In this document: positions 20,358-30,599 of the stretch, piece after piece | Position numbering within the stretch: the stretch's first letter is position 1 | Layout: each line of letters starts with the position of its first letter | Assembly (NCBI GenBank): GCA_043813585.1 | Contig: JBDRKW010000020.1 | Span: 129,185 to 193,184, forward strand | DNA: 64,000 bases | Direction of reading: 5' to 3' | DNA from: Candidatus Kerfeldbacteria bacterium | Lineage (GTDB): Bacteria > Patescibacteriota > Patescibacteriia > UBA9570 > XYC2-FULL-38-9 | The notes under the pieces: generated by a model | The model's input: only the letters and a program-made list of their open reading frames with translations | Told to the model about the DNA's origin: nothing | The model's database searches: none | Program-made: the position numbers and the translations under genes

Positions 20358-21788
20358 ATGTCATTTTTTAGGATTTTACCGCTCATACTTCTAACTGCGC
20401 TTATTTTCATTGCGCCATATCCTGCGCATGCATTTAGTTTTGATAAAAACACGCTGATTACCAACTATCAGATGACGAATGACAGTTATCTGACTGCCGG
20501 TGGCATTGAAGCATTTCTGAGGGAAAAAGGATCCGTACTCGCTGGCTATATGACGACAAGCCGAACCGGGAAAACGAAATTGGTTTCTGAAATTATTAAA
20601 AATGCTTCCCGTAAGTATGACTTGAACCCGATGATGTTCCTCGTTATGGCGCAAAAAGAATCAAGCGCCATTACCAGAGGGACAATGAGTTATGCAATCG
20701 AAAACTGGCTGCTCGGGTACGGCCGCTGCGACAGCTGTTCTGAATCTGTTGCCGCCCCATACCGCGGAATAACAAATCAAATTCATTCTGCTGCAGCACA
20801 GTTTAGGGAAAGCTACTTATCCGATCTGGAAAGCAAAGGCCATACCATTTCCGGATGGGGCCCGGGGCTGACGAAAACGACGATCGACGGCATCAGCGTC
20901 ACGCCGACAAATGATGCGACAGCTGCGCTGTATACGTACAACCCATGCGTAGGCGCATACGGAGGCGGAGACAGCCGGTTTGGCTGCAATTCGGCGTTTC
21001 AGAAGCTCTGGCAGGAGTGGAATCCGAATTTTGTCTCCTATTATCCAAACGGCAGCCTATTGCAGGTCAACGGTACCGTCTACCTGATTCAGGACGGTAA
21101 AAAAAGGCCGTTCACATCAATAAGCGCGCTCGTTTCCAACTATGATTTCGGTGACATCATTCAGGTTCCTTTGTTTGTTGGCGAACAATATCCTGACGGC
21201 GTAGCAATTCAATTCCCAAACTATTCATTATTGCGCAGCCCGGAAGGAACCGTATTTCTGTATGTTGACGGCTATAAGCGCGGCATCACATCGTCTGAAG
21301 TATTTAGAAGCATAGGATTCAATCCGGAAGAAATAGTAGATGTGAACGCTGCTGATATCGACAAGATACCAAATGGGCAACTAATCACTTCAAATTCAAC
21401 GCGGCCTACCGGGGCGTTAGTGCAAAACTCACAGACCGGGGCGATAACATGGGTTGATCCAAACGGAAAGAGGCACGATGTCTGGGACAAGGCAATTCTT
21501 GATAACAACTTCCCTTCTCAAACTCCTGCGCCTCTCAGTCCGGAAGAGCTTAATGAGTATAAGCAAGGCCAACCATTGAAGCTTAAAGATGGAACAATTG
21601 TCACTTCGCCTAATTCCAACTCTGTTTACGTCATTGCCAACGGACGGAAGAGGCCGTTCAAATCAAAAAAGGCGTTTGATGGTCTCGGTTACCAGGCAGG
21701 AAATATTATAATGGTTCCGGATACCGCTCTTGATCTGCACTCACAGGGCAAATTCGTACGCCTAAAAACGTCAAAGAAGAAAAAATAA
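20358..21788 (+). CDS. Secreted protein: putative lysozyme-like N-terminal domain plus four ~58-aa tandem repeats
   Basis: Signal peptide (AHA-F); LNP..LV.AQKESS and NDATAALYTYNP motifs; repeats of type YPxGsLl..gtVylI.dGkKRpf. Confidence 0.6.
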   Translation: MSFFRILPLILLTALIFIAPYPAHAFSFDKNTLITNYQMTNDSYLTAGGIEAFLREKGSVLAGYMTTSRTGKTKLVSEIIKNASRKYDLNPMMFLVMAQKESSAITRGTMSYAIENWLLGYGRCDSCSESVAAPYRGITNQIHSAAAQFRESYLSDLESKGHTISGWGPGLTKTTIDGISVTPTNDATAALYTYNPCVGAYGGGDSRFGCNSAFQKLWQEWNPNFVSYYPNGSLLQVNGTVYLIQDGKKRPFTSISALVSNYDFGDIIQVPLFVGEQYPDGVAIQFPNYSLLRSPEGTVFLYVDGYKRGITSSEVFRSIGFNPEEIVDVNAADIDKIPNGQLITSNSTRPTGALVQNSQTGAITWVDPNGKRHDVWDKAILDNNFPSQTPAPLSPEELNEYKQGQPLKLKDGTIVTSPNSNSVYVIANGRKRPFKSKKAFDGLGYQAGNIIMVPDTALDLHSQGKFVRLKTSKKKK

Positions 21789-21797
21789 TATACACGT

Positions 21798-22586
21798 ATG
21801 CCACTAATTTTTTCAGCGGTCGTCCCAAATCATCCGGAAATTGCTAAAGAGCTGGCAATGCCGGGCAATGTTGAACTTTCACCGACTGCCCAGTCAATCA
21901 AGGAGCTTGAAGGCGAGCTATATTTCATGAAGCCGGATACGATCGTCATCCTCACTTCGCACGGCTCCATAGTTCCTGATCTGATCAATATGAACATTTC
22001 GGGAACAGTGGCTCCGAAATGGCCGGAAGGCATGACTGATATGCCCTCAGATGCCACGTATACCTGTGATGTGGAGTTCATGGCAAGTATCAAGGGTAAA
22101 ATTGACACAAAAGACTTGGAAGTGCCGCTAACTATTATCGCAGAACCGTCGGTTGTGCCGGAAGTTGCAGGTCCTTTAAGTTATTTGATGTCCCATCTGG
22201 AAAGCACGAAGGTCGTTGTCATGTCGACAGCTGACTTTTCATTACAAGAGCACTACCTATTCGGCGAATTTTTGGCAGATCAAATTATGCAAACAAACAA
22301 ACGGGTAGCCGTGTTCGCGACTGGACACCTGTCCTCTGACTCTGCAAAGGCCGAACATGAGAAGAAAACATTTGATTCAATGTGTCTTGAGTGCTTGAAA
22401 GAAAATCGGCGCGAAGAGATACTCCGCCTCAACAATGGGATTCTTAAAGAGACGGACGCGGATATAGTTATTCCTTTGTCAGTAATGCTCGGCATCATAG
22501 CTAAGGTAAATATCTCTCCGGAAGTGCTTTCGTACGAACAAACATACGGATTCGGTCAATTAGTGGCAAACTTCGTTATTAAATAG
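21798..22586 (+). CDS. LigB/Memo (AmmeMemoRadiSam protein B)-like fold protein, degenerate
   Basis: KPDTIVILTSHG, KRVAVFATGHLS, FD, LSYEQTYGFG; canonical His ligands partly altered. Confidence 0.65.
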   Translation: MPLIFSAVVPNHPEIAKELAMPGNVELSPTAQSIKELEGELYFMKPDTIVILTSHGSIVPDLINMNISGTVAPKWPEGMTDMPSDATYTCDVEFMASIKGKIDTKDLEVPLTIIAEPSVVPEVAGPLSYLMSHLESTKVVVMSTADFSLQEHYLFGEFLADQIMQTNKRVAVFATGHLSSDSAKAEHEKKTFDSMCLECLKENRREEILRLNNGILKETDADIVIPLSVMLGIIAKVNISPEVLSYEQTYGFGQLVANFVIK

Positions 22587-22587
22587 C

Positions 22588-24210
22588 ATGATCGCATCAG
22601 TCGTGCCATATGTCCGTACGCTGCGGGGTAAGGACACATTTGACTATGAAATTCCTGACGAACTGGAGGTGCATCCGGGGTTTCTTGTCTGGATTGAATT
22701 TCGCTCCAAGACAGTCTTTGGAGTTGTAGTTGGGATAACACGCACGTCCACGTTTAAAAAAATAAAACCGATACTTGATATCGTCGATGCGGATCTATGG
22801 CTTCCGAACTACCGCCGGGAGCTGCTTGCCTGGTTTTCTTCATACTATTATGTTTCCCTGCCGCTGGCTTTAAAAACAGTACAATTTCAATTGTTAAAGC
22901 GTCCTCGAAAAGAAACAATAGAAATTAACGCTGCGGCGTCACGAAAAAAATCCAATAAAGTCCTCATTCAGGATGGTTCCGATACGCTGCTTCTCGGCAA
23001 TAATAGGACATCGCTCATAGAAGCATACGCGGGTATTCATGAAAACAGCATCGGTCATACGCTTATCGTCGTCCCTGAGTATTTAGACTGCGTCGAAATG
23101 AAACCAGCGCTTGTGGGGACAAATCATATTATTATCGACAGCGACCCCTCGCCTTCTCAATTACATGAATTGTATGAATTACTGCAGCAAAAAAAAGATT
23201 TGGTCGTTGTAGGCACGAAAAAATTGGCTTTCTTGCCGCTTCATCTTTTTACGACAATTATTCTAGATCAGGAAGAAGCCCGTTCCCATAAGCAGTATGA
23301 TCAAAATCCGCGGTATCATATCCGCGATGTTCTCCTGCAGACACGGGCGTTGATGAAAAAAAATTCGTTGCAACCGTTCACGCTTGTTCGGTCCAGTCAA
23401 TCGCCGTCAATTCATACGCTGCTGGATGTAAAAAACAAAAAATGCATTCTCAATGATATACGCAATCAATGGAGCGGCGCGCACATCCAAACCGTTGATA
23501 TGGAAAAGGAATACGAGAATAAGAACTATTCATGGTTTTCCGAAGATCTGCTGGATATGATTCGCAACTCGAAAAATATATTCCTCTTTCTCAACAGGAC
23601 CGGAAGCTATTCCAATGCAATCTGCCTGAAATGCTCCGCCCTATTAAATAATGTCCAACAAACATGCCCTTCATGCAATAGCAAAAACATTCGTCTTTCC
23701 GGCAAAGGCACTGCTCAGCTGGAGAAAGAAATCAATGAACTTTTTCCAGACCGTTCTGTTTTGCGCCTTGATAATGACCGGGACGGTAACGAATTAACGC
23801 CGCAACAGATTAAAAACAGCGATATCATCATAGGAACAGAGAAAGTATTTCGTGCGCTACAGATGAAATCGCTCGATGGCATCGGCATTCTTTCTGTGGA
23901 CCATCTTCTCATCTATCCGCATTTTCAATCAAGCGAACGCGTATTTCAACTGCTCAGCCGCCTGTTTCAGTACAACATTCCGACCATCCTTCAGACGCAT
24001 TCCCCTAACAACCCTGTTATTCGTGCTGCTATCGAAAATGCTGTAGATCGGTTTGCCGATTATGAGCTTGCTACGAGGGAAATGCTCAAACTGCCTCCGT
24101 ATGAGGAACTATTTACTATCCGAAATATACAAACAAAATCAGTCCGGATAGTTACCGGTCCCCTATCCGCTGACAAGCTGGATCAACGCGACATTGTCGA
24201 TCGCCAGTAG
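22588..24210 (+). CDS. priA: Primosomal protein N' (PriA), degenerate helicase
   Basis: 3'-binding domain (FDY..P...PG..V.IEFR), HKQYDQNPRYH, FLNRTG, CxxC/CxxC, GKGTAQLE, IIIGT, LPPY; precedes def-fmt. Confidence 0.8.
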   Translation: MIASVVPYVRTLRGKDTFDYEIPDELEVHPGFLVWIEFRSKTVFGVVVGITRTSTFKKIKPILDIVDADLWLPNYRRELLAWFSSYYYVSLPLALKTVQFQLLKRPRKETIEINAAASRKKSNKVLIQDGSDTLLLGNNRTSLIEAYAGIHENSIGHTLIVVPEYLDCVEMKPALVGTNHIIIDSDPSPSQLHELYELLQQKKDLVVVGTKKLAFLPLHLFTTIILDQEEARSHKQYDQNPRYHIRDVLLQTRALMKKNSLQPFTLVRSSQSPSIHTLLDVKNKKCILNDIRNQWSGAHIQTVDMEKEYENKNYSWFSEDLLDMIRNSKNIFLFLNRTGSYSNAICLKCSALLNNVQQTCPSCNSKNIRLSGKGTAQLEKEINELFPDRSVLRLDNDRDGNELTPQQIKNSDIIIGTEKVFRALQMKSLDGIGILSVDHLLIYPHFQSSERVFQLLSRLFQYNIPTILQTHSPNNPVIRAAIENAVDRFADYELATREMLKLPPYEELFTIRNIQTKSVRIVTGPLSADKLDQRDIVDRQ

Positions 24211-24254
24211 GATTGACAAAAGCCTGTTTTGATGCTATTTCATACACTAAGACT

Positions 24255-24752
24255 ATGCAATATCGAATTCACACAGTAGATAAAGATCCCGAAGTCCGCG
24301 AGAAATCACAGGACGTCCGGGAATCAGAAATAACGTCGGGCGAATTGACGCCGTTTTTCGACGCGCTTATATCCGCCATGCTGGAAGCGGACGGGATTGG
24401 AATCGCCTCACCCCAGGTCGGCGTAACAAAACGCATTATTGTTGTGTCAAAAGAATATACATCGTCAGAAGATCACCTGATACTCGTTAATCCGCGCATT
24501 GCGTCAACCGGCAGTAGAGTAAGCACGGTTGAGGAGGGCTGTCTTTCTGTTCCCGGCAAAAATGGTCTTGTTGAGCGTCCGGTAAAAGCAAGAATTAAGG
24601 CACTCGGCCGTACGGGTAAACCTGTTGATATCAAAGCAAAAGGAATGTTTGCAAGGATTCTCCAGCACGAAATCGACCATTTGGACGGAATTTTATTTAT
24701 CGACCGGGCTTCGTCTGTTTACGAAGCAACCCAAACTGGCAATTTCGTATAG
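24255..24752 (+). CDS. def: Peptide deformylase
   Basis: GIGIASPQVG, EGCLS, QHEIDHLDG; ATG 24255 preferred. Confidence 0.96.
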   Translation: MQYRIHTVDKDPEVREKSQDVRESEITSGELTPFFDALISAMLEADGIGIASPQVGVTKRIIVVSKEYTSSEDHLILVNPRIASTGSRVSTVEEGCLSVPGKNGLVERPVKARIKALGRTGKPVDIKAKGMFARILQHEIDHLDGILFIDRASSVYEATQTGNFV

Positions 24753-24754
24753 CA

Positions 24755-25627
24755 ATGAAGATACTTTTCTTTGGTACGCCGGATTTTGCAGTACCAACCC
24801 TGGAACAATGCGCGTCATCATTTGATGTTGTCTATTGCGTCACGCAACCGGACAAACCGGTAGGACGATCGCAAGTAATTACGCCGCCGCCTGTGAAGAC
24901 CAAGGCAATTGAACTTGGCATTCCTGTCGCACAGCCGGATTTGATAAAGAAAAACTCGGAAGGGCGCCAAGAACTTGAAGAGATCATAAAAAAATATAGC
25001 CCGGATGTGGCGGTTGTGGTTGCGTATGGAAAAATTATTCCGTCCGGACTGCTTACAATGCCAAAGCACGGTTTCGTGAATGTGCATGGATCACTGCTTC
25101 CCATGCTACGTGGCGCTTCCCCCATACAGGCGGCTATTGCACAGGGATTCCAAGAAAGCGGCGTTACGATAATGGTTATGGACAAAGGGATGGATACCGG
25201 CCCAATCTTGTCATCGAAACGTATTCTGCTGGACGCAACTGAAACGTCGGGCTCTCTGCATGATCGCCTGATGAATATTGGCGCCGACTTGCTGGTAGAA
25301 ACTCTGCCAAGATATATTACAGGCGATATAACGCCGGTACCTCAAGACAATAAACGCGCTACGTACTGTTCACTCATTACGAAAAATGACGGAGAAATTG
25401 ACTGGAACGCAACACCCAAAGAAATCGATCAGCATATTCGGGCGTTCAGTTCATGGCCTGGCGCCTTTACATTTTGCAACAATAGACGGATAAAAATTAC
25501 AGCAGCTCATCTTGACGGGGAAGGCAAACTTTCGATCACGAGGGTTAAACCCGAAGGTAAGAAAGAAATGCCCTTTGAGGCATTCATTCTCGGAAATCCT
25601 GATTGTCAACTACCGCCACTGCAGTAG
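24755..25627 (+). CDS. fmt: Methionyl-tRNA formyltransferase (short C-terminal domain)
   Basis: FFGTPDFA, TQPDKPVGR, NVHGSLLP.LRGASP, MDTGP. Confidence 0.96.
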   Translation: MKILFFGTPDFAVPTLEQCASSFDVVYCVTQPDKPVGRSQVITPPPVKTKAIELGIPVAQPDLIKKNSEGRQELEEIIKKYSPDVAVVVAYGKIIPSGLLTMPKHGFVNVHGSLLPMLRGASPIQAAIAQGFQESGVTIMVMDKGMDTGPILSSKRILLDATETSGSLHDRLMNIGADLLVETLPRYITGDITPVPQDNKRATYCSLITKNDGEIDWNATPKEIDQHIRAFSSWPGAFTFCNNRRIKITAAHLDGEGKLSITRVKPEGKKEMPFEAFILGNPDCQLPPLQ

Positions 25628-27121
25628 CTATGTCTTATTGATCTTACGCACTTTTTTTGTCGTATAAAACCCGAGGTAGCGACCTGTCATCAGATGGGTC
25701 TGCGCATCAATTGCTGAGAATGACCCGAATAAAATAAGGGTCAGGGGTAGCAATATCCATTGAACCATAATCACTCCTATTTTCAAAAATTTATTTCCTG
25801 GTATTTTTGACGGCAGCAGGAATACGTTCAATATCGCAGAAATAAATATTCCTACCATTGCAAAAGTCATAAGCCATTGGAGCACATATGGGGCGTTTTG
25901 AGCAATGACAGTGGCTTTTTCGACGTCTCCGGCCATCCATAGCGGCAAATACCCAAGAATCATGATCAGAAGAGGTGCTGTTGCCCAGGACCACATGCCC
26001 TCCGATAGATTAAACACCAAATTCCATTTGTGACGGCCGATTTTTTTATACTTCCAAAAATGCCATATCATATACGGAAAGTGCTCAATCCCCCACGCCC
26101 AACGCCGCTGCTGTTTATAGAGATTTTTTACCGTATCCCAAAGCTTGCCGGCATGAGCGGTATCCATCGAGACCGCGATATACATGGGCGTTACCTCGTA
26201 ATCACCGTCGTAATGGATAAAGCACTGCAAGAAAATTCTGGAATCCTCTGTAACAATATCGCTCTGCCAAAAACCTACATCAACAAGTGCTTTGAAGCTC
26301 ATTGCATGTGAAGAGAATGTCCATAGCGGTTTCGGGCGTGCGAGTTCCGCCATAAGCCAAAATGTGGTGGAATTGGCAACAACTCTGGTGAAAGATGGGG
26401 ATTCCCAGACATTATTATTATACAAAGCAAGCGGCTGATAACTCGACCGCGTTGGATTAGGATGTTCCAAATATGCATTCGTCAAATAAGCAAAATATTT
26501 CGGGTCCACGACCGTATCAACATCAAATGACGACACAATGCAATTCTCGTATTTCCATCCTTTCGCATCAACATACTCCTTAACCCGGTGGCCGGACCAG
26601 TGAAGATTTGCTCCTTTTGCAGCAACTTCTCCCGGAATATCAGCCGGATGAACAGTGACGATGATGTCATAAAAGACTCCTTCATATTCGTTGCGGATTT
26701 GGTCGGCAACGCTTTTGAAATATTTCTCGTTTCGCTCTTCCCCCGCCAGAATCGGAATAATCTTATCGGTCGGATATGTCGAATTCTTGAGAGCCTCGAT
26801 CGTATTCCTAATGACATGAATGTCCTCATCTACCATGGGTAAAAACACCAGGTGGACTATTTCTTGCCACCGCTCATGCTGCTGCACTTTTGCAAACCAA
26901 TCGACCTTTTGGCTTTTCCTAAATTGCCTCCATGAGGAGGTGACATAAATCACAAAATAGGCCACCCGAAGCAGCCAATAAAAATCGACAATAATGGCGA
27001 CATACACCATTAACACGGGCGCGAGAAACGAAAGCAACAGCACCAAAATAAGCGTTGTCCAGGTTATGGCGCCGGGGATAATCTCCAAGAATCTATATTT
27101 TTGATAGGATGTCAGTTTCAT
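25628..27121 (-). CDS. Membrane-embedded GT2-family (processive-type) glycosyltransferase
   Basis: KGAN, FDVD (DxD), TED, QQRRW motifs; N- and C-terminal TM helices; ATG 27121 overlaps the upstream stop. Confidence 0.85.
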   Translation of the reverse strand: MKLTSYQKYRFLEIIPGAITWTTLILVLLLSFLAPVLMVYVAIIVDFYWLLRVAYFVIYVTSSWRQFRKSQKVDWFAKVQQHERWQEIVHLVFLPMVDEDIHVIRNTIEALKNSTYPTDKIIPILAGEERNEKYFKSVADQIRNEYEGVFYDIIVTVHPADIPGEVAAKGANLHWSGHRVKEYVDAKGWKYENCIVSSFDVDTVVDPKYFAYLTNAYLEHPNPTRSSYQPLALYNNNVWESPSFTRVVANSTTFWLMAELARPKPLWTFSSHAMSFKALVDVGFWQSDIVTEDSRIFLQCFIHYDGDYEVTPMYIAVSMDTAHAGKLWDTVKNLYKQQRRWAWGIEHFPYMIWHFWKYKKIGRHKWNLVFNLSEGMWSWATAPLLIMILGYLPLWMAGDVEKATVIAQNAPYVLQWLMTFAMVGIFISAILNVFLLPSKIPGNKFLKIGVIMVQWILLPLTLILFGSFSAIDAQTHLMTGRYLGFYTTKKVRKINKT

Positions 27122-28281
27122 AATGTAATGAGACCCGTCAAAATCAGGCATTCATAAACAATGCCGAGCACGAAAATGATTTGTACAGTCCAGATTGCCC
27201 AAGGCGATACGTTGAACGTGTATTCCGGCTTCCGTTGTGCGGGCATCGCTTGTGTCTTTCGCAGCATTTGCCATATGATAATACCCTGGAAACCGCCTGT
27301 AATTGCTCCCGCGATGCTGAGAATTTCGACAAATGATGCCAGGTCCATTAAATAGATAATAAGCGGAATTCCCAAAGCGAGAGTAAGCGCAGTTATTTTG
27401 GACCGTCCAAAATCATACTGGTACATCTGTTTTAATGCAAGTCCGATGATGAGAAATGAACTGCCCATTGCCAAAATGCCGAATACAGCGCCAATCCAGA
27501 TGATAACGGAGCCAAACTCGCTGCCGAGTCCGACCACGGCGCTTTCCGTGGTCTCGAGACCGCTGATACCAACCACAATAACAGCAAAAATCGCATATAT
27601 TGCAGCGGTCACGCCCATTCCGATCCAAATCACTTTCGGCATTGCATGCAACGCATGGCGCTTTACAAGATAACGCCGGATTTCTGGGATACTGCTTGCC
27701 GCACCAAATGCAAACAGTATGACGCCATACGGCAGAAACGCTTCCAATCCGTTAAATCGCAGCAGCTCCGCAGTTTCAATGTGCGGAATGCCAATCACGG
27801 CCAACAATACAATTACGAACACGATAGAAATGACAATGACCTGTTCAAAACGAGTCACAAGTCCTAATCCTGTAAAGATGACGGCCGTCCCGACGCCCCA
27901 AAAGATTAATGCGTAAATAAGTTCTGACCCGCCAAAGTACGGCTGAAAAACTATAAATAGAAAATGGCCTGTTTCAACTGTGTACGCTACAAGCGCCGCA
28001 TACATTCCAAAAATCAGGGACAAAAACGCTACAATCTGCCCGGCGCGTCCAAGATATTGCCTGGCATAGCCCGGAAACTGATGTATCCCCGTTGTCCGCA
28101 ATACGACAGTTGCATAGGCAAGAAGCGTCACGACCGATACAAGCGCCAGTAACAAAATATGCATCAGTCCAAAAACAACTCCGGATTGTGCGACAACGTA
28201 CGGTATCCCAAATATTCCGGCTCCGATGGCAGTACCAATCAACAGCGCAATCGCCCCAGCAGCATGCTGCTTCACATTCAT
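27118..28281 (-). CDS. Aromatic amino acid permease family (APC/HAAAP) transporter
   Basis: GTAIGAGIFGIP, PYGVILFAFG..SSIPE, about 11 TM helices. Confidence 0.85.
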   Translation of the reverse strand: MNVKQHAAGAIALLIGTAIGAGIFGIPYVVAQSGVVFGLMHILLLALVSVVTLLAYATVVLRTTGIHQFPGYARQYLGRAGQIVAFLSLIFGMYAALVAYTVETGHFLFIVFQPYFGGSELIYALIFWGVGTAVIFTGLGLVTRFEQVIVISIVFVIVLLAVIGIPHIETAELLRFNGLEAFLPYGVILFAFGAASSIPEIRRYLVKRHALHAMPKVIWIGMGVTAAIYAIFAVIVVGISGLETTESAVVGLGSEFGSVIIWIGAVFGILAMGSSFLIIGLALKQMYQYDFGRSKITALTLALGIPLIIYLMDLASFVEILSIAGAITGGFQGIIIWQMLRKTQAMPAQRKPEYTFNVSPWAIWTVQIIFVLGIVYECLILTGLITL

Positions 28282-28282
28282 A

Positions 28283-29431
28283 CTACGACTTCCTATTCTT
28301 AATGATAGCCAACGTAACGAATGAAAGGATGGCTGCGAGGATTGCAATCGCGCCAATCAAGCCGATGCCTGTAAACAGACTGCCGATATAGTCGCTGAAT
28401 AGCGGTGTTATTAGTTCAATAAATTCTTCAGAAATATCCGCTCCTCCGAGCAACAATTCAAACCTCGCGAGTGCCAGTAACCACAATAGAATTCCACATA
28501 ATGCAGTCAGGATTCCGGAAGATAACAATCCAATCCCGAGCCACAGCATTGCAGCTTGAAGCGACCTGCGATGCAGAATTGCCAGAAGCCCCAAACATAA
28601 TCCGCAAATAATAATCAATAGAAGTGTTACAATCCTAAAAATAGTAAGGCCCAGTTGAATATTGTCTATATTCGTTTCATAACGCTTGATTTTTTCATAT
28701 TCTTCATCGGACAACGGACCAGCAAGAGCCTGAAGTGAATTTTCCTCGGCAATCACGGCAACATGCAATTCATCCTGCAATACCAATTTCAAGAGATTTA
28801 TGGTATCAGGAAATTGATCAACAATGAATTTGGGCGTTATCGGTAAATCGCCCTCTAAAATATAAAACTGACTCGCGGGCCCCAGAACATCCTCAGGCCA
28901 ACAGCCCAGAGTGCGAAAATCAAGCGCATAGTCGCCTTGCGTATCAAGTTCTTCGTACATATGGATAAGATCTTCTATCCCCTCATCAACGCAGGGCGGC
29001 AGCTCTCCAACATCAAAAGAATATTCATCAAGAAGGACCTGAACGTATTTCGTAAAGCGCTCCTTCGGCTCTGCCACGTTTATGACCAAATCAACGTCGC
29101 GCAACGTCATTTCCTTGTTTTGCAATGAAAAAATCTCACTGACGAGGCGTTCAAATTCAGGCCGCAGCCAATCCGGATGAAATGTAAACGCAAGCAGCGC
29201 TGTGACCTCGTTATGGTCTAAAAATGAAAACGGTGAATGTTGTACAGCCTCTTCCGGAATGGCCTGCGCAATCAAAAGCGGTACCGCCTTTGAGTAGGCA
29301 TTGTTATTCTGTAGCGTTTGAAGCAACGGCCCGGGATCCAGTACATACGTCTCTAAACGTACACATATGGCCGCAAGAGGCAAGCATATTGCGAGCACGG
29401 CCACTATAATGATGCTGGCGACACGGTTCAT
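28283..29431 (-). CDS. Hypothetical membrane protein (1 N-terminal TM, extracytoplasmic domain, 3 C-terminal TM)
   Basis: Hydropathy pattern; abuts both neighbours; Cys pair (LPPC...LGCWP). Confidence 0.7.
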   Translation of the reverse strand: MNRVASIIIVAVLAICLPLAAICVRLETYVLDPGPLLQTLQNNNAYSKAVPLLIAQAIPEEAVQHSPFSFLDHNEVTALLAFTFHPDWLRPEFERLVSEIFSLQNKEMTLRDVDLVINVAEPKERFTKYVQVLLDEYSFDVGELPPCVDEGIEDLIHMYEELDTQGDYALDFRTLGCWPEDVLGPASQFYILEGDLPITPKFIVDQFPDTINLLKLVLQDELHVAVIAEENSLQALAGPLSDEEYEKIKRYETNIDNIQLGLTIFRIVTLLLIIICGLCLGLLAILHRRSLQAAMLWLGIGLLSSGILTALCGILLWLLALARFELLLGGADISEEFIELITPLFSDYIGSLFTGIGLIGAIAILAAILSFVTLAIIKNRKS

Positions 29432-29432
29432 A

Positions 29433-30596
29433 TTATTCAATTTCAACTGGTATGTAATCCGGTACGAACGCTATCCAAATATTCCCTCGCAAAAGAGGAA
29501 TTTCACGGCCATTATGGTCAAAAAAACGCGTACGATCTTGCCGCGTTTCCTTCTTCCACGTCCCAGTATAAAGCCGGCCATCGTGAAATATCTCTACTAT
29601 GCCTTCCCCGGTAACAGGCCAATTAATCCTGCCCTTCCCCTCGATCGATATGCCCTCGCCAACATGCTGGATGACAATATTGCTCACATGAATAGGACCT
29701 CCCGTATTGGCGTCAGTATGCGCCACCCCTGCGTTGCTCCGCAGATAACTGTTTGCTTCCCGATCGTACCGGTACTCCACGTTATAAGACCCCCCAAATG
29801 CGATTGAAATGCCGGTCATTGCCTTTCCTCCGGCTTGCGCATCTATCTCGTCAAGCGGATCCTGAAACTTCCAAGGGTAATATTGCGGCTGTTCTTCATT
29901 TGCCCACCGATGATCAACATTCGCCCGTGTTAAGTCCTCTGTTGACGTGAATAGATTATGGGGCGCCTCTTTTGATGAATCCCGCCAAAAATAAGTTGAT
30001 TCCCGCAACGCATCGATATCGCGCAGACCAAAACGCTGCAACGCCAGCATTGCCGTATAACTGCCTCCTGCGTGCGAATACGCGCACTCAAGCTCGCTGA
30101 CAAATTCCAGATACGTGTCGCGCGCCGATCGAACCGGGCCTACTGCCACGTTTGCCCCATCTGCATACACAGCCATAAACCGCGTTATACCGCCCTCAAC
30201 AATCACTTCATAAACCACAGATGCCGCTTGGAGGCCCGACTGCGGCCGCACGCCTCCGAATGCGGCGTTTTCAATCATGACACACGACAATACTGGGTTT
30301 GATAGTTCCGCAGGAACGACGACACCGTCAATGCGGCGGGGTAATTCATCTTGAACAATTTCTTCCTTTACCCGCTGGATAACCGTCGGCATATCATATA
30401 TTGCCGATTTTAGCAGTTCGCGTGCATCAAAAAAAGATTGATTTGTCACTGCTACGGCAACAAGCGTATAGCCGCCGAATGATATCAGTCCGAGTCCCAA
30501 AAAAGCACTTATCTTCGAAAGCGGTGAATGGTACTTCTTCATAAAGTCTTGACTGTGCAGGCCTGTGCTTTTCTCCGTTTTTTTCTTGCCGCTCAT
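29433..30596 (-). CDS. DUF3048 (YerB-like) membrane-anchored protein, copy 2
   Basis: VMIEN..RPQSGL..A..VYE..VEGGITRF, GPVRSAR, HAGGS, APHNLFTS. Confidence 0.85.
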   Translation of the reverse strand: MSGKKKTEKSTGLHSQDFMKKYHSPLSKISAFLGLGLISFGGYTLVAVAVTNQSFFDARELLKSAIYDMPTVIQRVKEEIVQDELPRRIDGVVVPAELSNPVLSCVMIENAAFGGVRPQSGLQAASVVYEVIVEGGITRFMAVYADGANVAVGPVRSARDTYLEFVSELECAYSHAGGSYTAMLALQRFGLRDIDALRESTYFWRDSSKEAPHNLFTSTEDLTRANVDHRWANEEQPQYYPWKFQDPLDEIDAQAGGKAMTGISIAFGGSYNVEYRYDREANSYLRSNAGVAHTDANTGGPIHVSNIVIQHVGEGISIEGKGRINWPVTGEGIVEIFHDGRLYTGTWKKETRQDRTRFFDHNGREIPLLRGNIWIAFVPDYIPVEIE

Positions 30597-30599
30597 GGG

